Notes under the pieces: generated by a model
What the model was told of the DNA's origin: nothing
What the model saw: only the letters and a program-made list of their open reading frames with translations
Database searches by the model: none
Assembly (NCBI GenBank): GCA_965140705.1
Contig: OZ223300.1
Span: 1,600,001-1,664,000 of the forward strand
Direction of reading: 5' to 3'
Length of the DNA stretch: 64,000 bases
From: an uncultured Arcobacter sp.
Lineage (GTDB): Bacteria; Campylobacterota; Campylobacteria; Campylobacterales; Arcobacteraceae
Position numbers and translations under genes: made by a program
In this document: in pieces, positions 62,604-64,000 of the stretch
Numbering within the stretch: position 1 is the stretch's first letter
Layout: each line of letters opens with the position of its first letter

Positions 62604-63155
62604 TTAACTCTCAACGTTAATTTCAGCAAAAAGAGCTGCACTTAAGGTTTTATTATATAGTCTAAACATCTGTAAAAGCTTCATATCTAAAGCTATATCA
62701 CTACTTTTTAAATTAAAAGCATCTTGTTTTTCTTCATCAAAAAGCCAAAGAAAAGAGTATTTAGAAACTTTAGGTATAAAAGCTCTTGCATCTTGACTTC
62801 TTCCTATATACCAAAAACAATATCCATTTGGAAAAGAGATATTTAACATATCTTTTAAATAATTTACATCATCTTCATTTTGAACATTGTCCATTAATTT
62901 ATAAAATGATTTAAAATCATAAAAAGGCAAATAGGGTCTATTTAAACTTTTTTTATTTATATTTGTGAGAATATACTCTAAAAACCAATTTCTCTCATCA
63001 TCACTAACTACAATTACAGAACAACCTTTTTCCAAAATACTTATTATTGATTTAGCTACTAAAGGAGTCCATTCATATTTTTTTTCTTCTAACCAAGGAG
63101 ATAATAGTTTATCGTCCCTGATTGTATCAACAGTCCAATTTAAGAATTCTTGCAC
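62604..63155 (-). CDS. hobA: DnaA-binding replication initiation regulator
   Basis: WLEEKKYEWTPL, D.ER.WF, RP.LP, FWYIG, LLQ; located between lysC and holB. Confidence 0.88.
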   Translation of the reverse strand: MQEFLNWTVDTIRDDKLLSPWLEEKKYEWTPLVAKSIISILEKGCSVIVVSDDERNWFLEYILTNINKKSLNRPYLPFYDFKSFYKLMDNVQNEDDVNYLKDMLNISFPNGYCFWYIGRSQDARAFIPKVSKYSFLWLFDEEKQDAFNLKSSDIALDMKLLQMFRLYNKTLSAALFAEINVES

Positions 63156-63157
63156 TT

Positions 63158-64000
63158 CTATTTATCCAAATCATATGCATCATGTAAGGCACGAACAGCT
63201 AATTCTGCATATTTTTCTTCAACTATCACTGAAATTTTTATCTCACTAGTTGAGATTATTCTTATATTAATATTTTCATTAGCCAGTGCTGTAAAGGCTT
63301 TAGAAGCAACTCCAGTATGAGATTTCATACCAACACCCACTATTGAAACTTTACAAATCTTTTCATTGTAATCAAATTTTTCAACTTCATCTTCAAATTT
63401 ATGCATAATAGTTTTACAAATCTCTAAATCAGTTGTAGGAATTGTAAAATCTAAAGATGTTTTGCCATCTACTGCAACTGTTTGAACTATCATATCAACA
63501 TTAATATTTGCATCTGCAAGTGCTGTAAAGATATAAGATGCTATTCCTGGTCTATCTGTAACTCCATACATACCAACTCTTACTTGATTTTTATCCAAAG
63601 CAATACCACTTACTATTGGCTGTTCCATTATATTTTCTTCCTTTGTTATTAAAGTACCTTCTACTTCTGGAGTAAAGCTACTTCTTGATATTAAATTTAC
63701 ATTTAGTTTTTTTGCCATTTCTACAGATCTATTTTGTAAAACTTTTGCACCTAAACTTGCTAACTCCAACATCTCATCATATGAAATTTTATCAAGTTTT
63801 TTGGCCTTTGGCTCTATTCTAGGGTCCGTTGTATATATACCATCAACATCTGTATAAATTTCACAAACATCTGCTTGTATTGCACCTGCAATTGCAACAG
63901 CTGTTAAATCTGAACCACCTCGTCCAAGTGTAGTTACTCTACCTTTTTCTGTAACACCTTGAAAACCAGCAACTACTACAACTTTACCTTCAGATATTGC
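63158..64000 (-). CDS. lysC: Aspartate kinase, 5'-truncated by the window edge
   Basis: Frame is open to the window end: [23 protein letters not shown]; two ACT domains; STSEIKIS. Confidence 0.97.
   Translation of the reverse strand, partial: AISEGKVVVVAGFQGVTEKGRVTTLGRGGSDLTAVAIAGAIQADVCEIYTDVDGIYTTDPRIEPKAKKLDKISYDEMLELASLGAKVLQNRSVEMAKKLNVNLISRSSFTPEVEGTLITKEENIMEQPIVSGIALDKNQVRVGMYGVTDRPGIASYIFTALADANINVDMIVQTVAVDGKTSLDFTIPTTDLEICKTIMHKFEDEVEKFDYNEKICKVSIVGVGMKSHTGVASKAFTALANENINIRIISTSEIKISVIVEEKYAELAVRALHDAYDLDK

Overview
Very AT-rich chromosomal segment with gene content and order typical of Campylobacterota, most like Arcobacteraceae (hobA, mqnC, the metG-fbp-mobB-slt-yggT-gltX2 block, many two-component genes). 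It is mostly housekeeping: argG, trpD, tsaE, lptB, kdsB, polA, lgt, hemN, argF, hemB, ribA, rsmG, glyS, pckA, oadGAB, metG, fbp, bamA, tyrA, folP, holB, hobA, lysC, plus tRNA-fMet and tRNA-Gln. I see no IS, integrase, prophage structural genes or CRISPR array. Most notable items: (1) a split class III ribonucleotide reductase whose glycyl-radical loop (YTRVMGY) is on a separate 54-aa ORF missed by the ORF track; (2) a four-gene operon of two ATP-grasp ligases, one fused to tandem ComEA-type HhH domains, flanked by M20 and M14 peptidases; (3) tandem sensor kinases sharing a ~690-bp near-identical transmitter module; (4) several apparent pseudo-enzymes (GluRS2 lacking HIGH/KMSKS, Slt lacking its catalytic Glu, REC-GGDEF with only the I-site); (5) an orphan CI/LexA-like repressor divergent from an unannotated 31-aa ORF upstream of oadGAB-pckA; (6) an unknown ~90-aa domain present both standalone and fused to HemD. 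All calls come from reading motifs by eye; no database searches were run.
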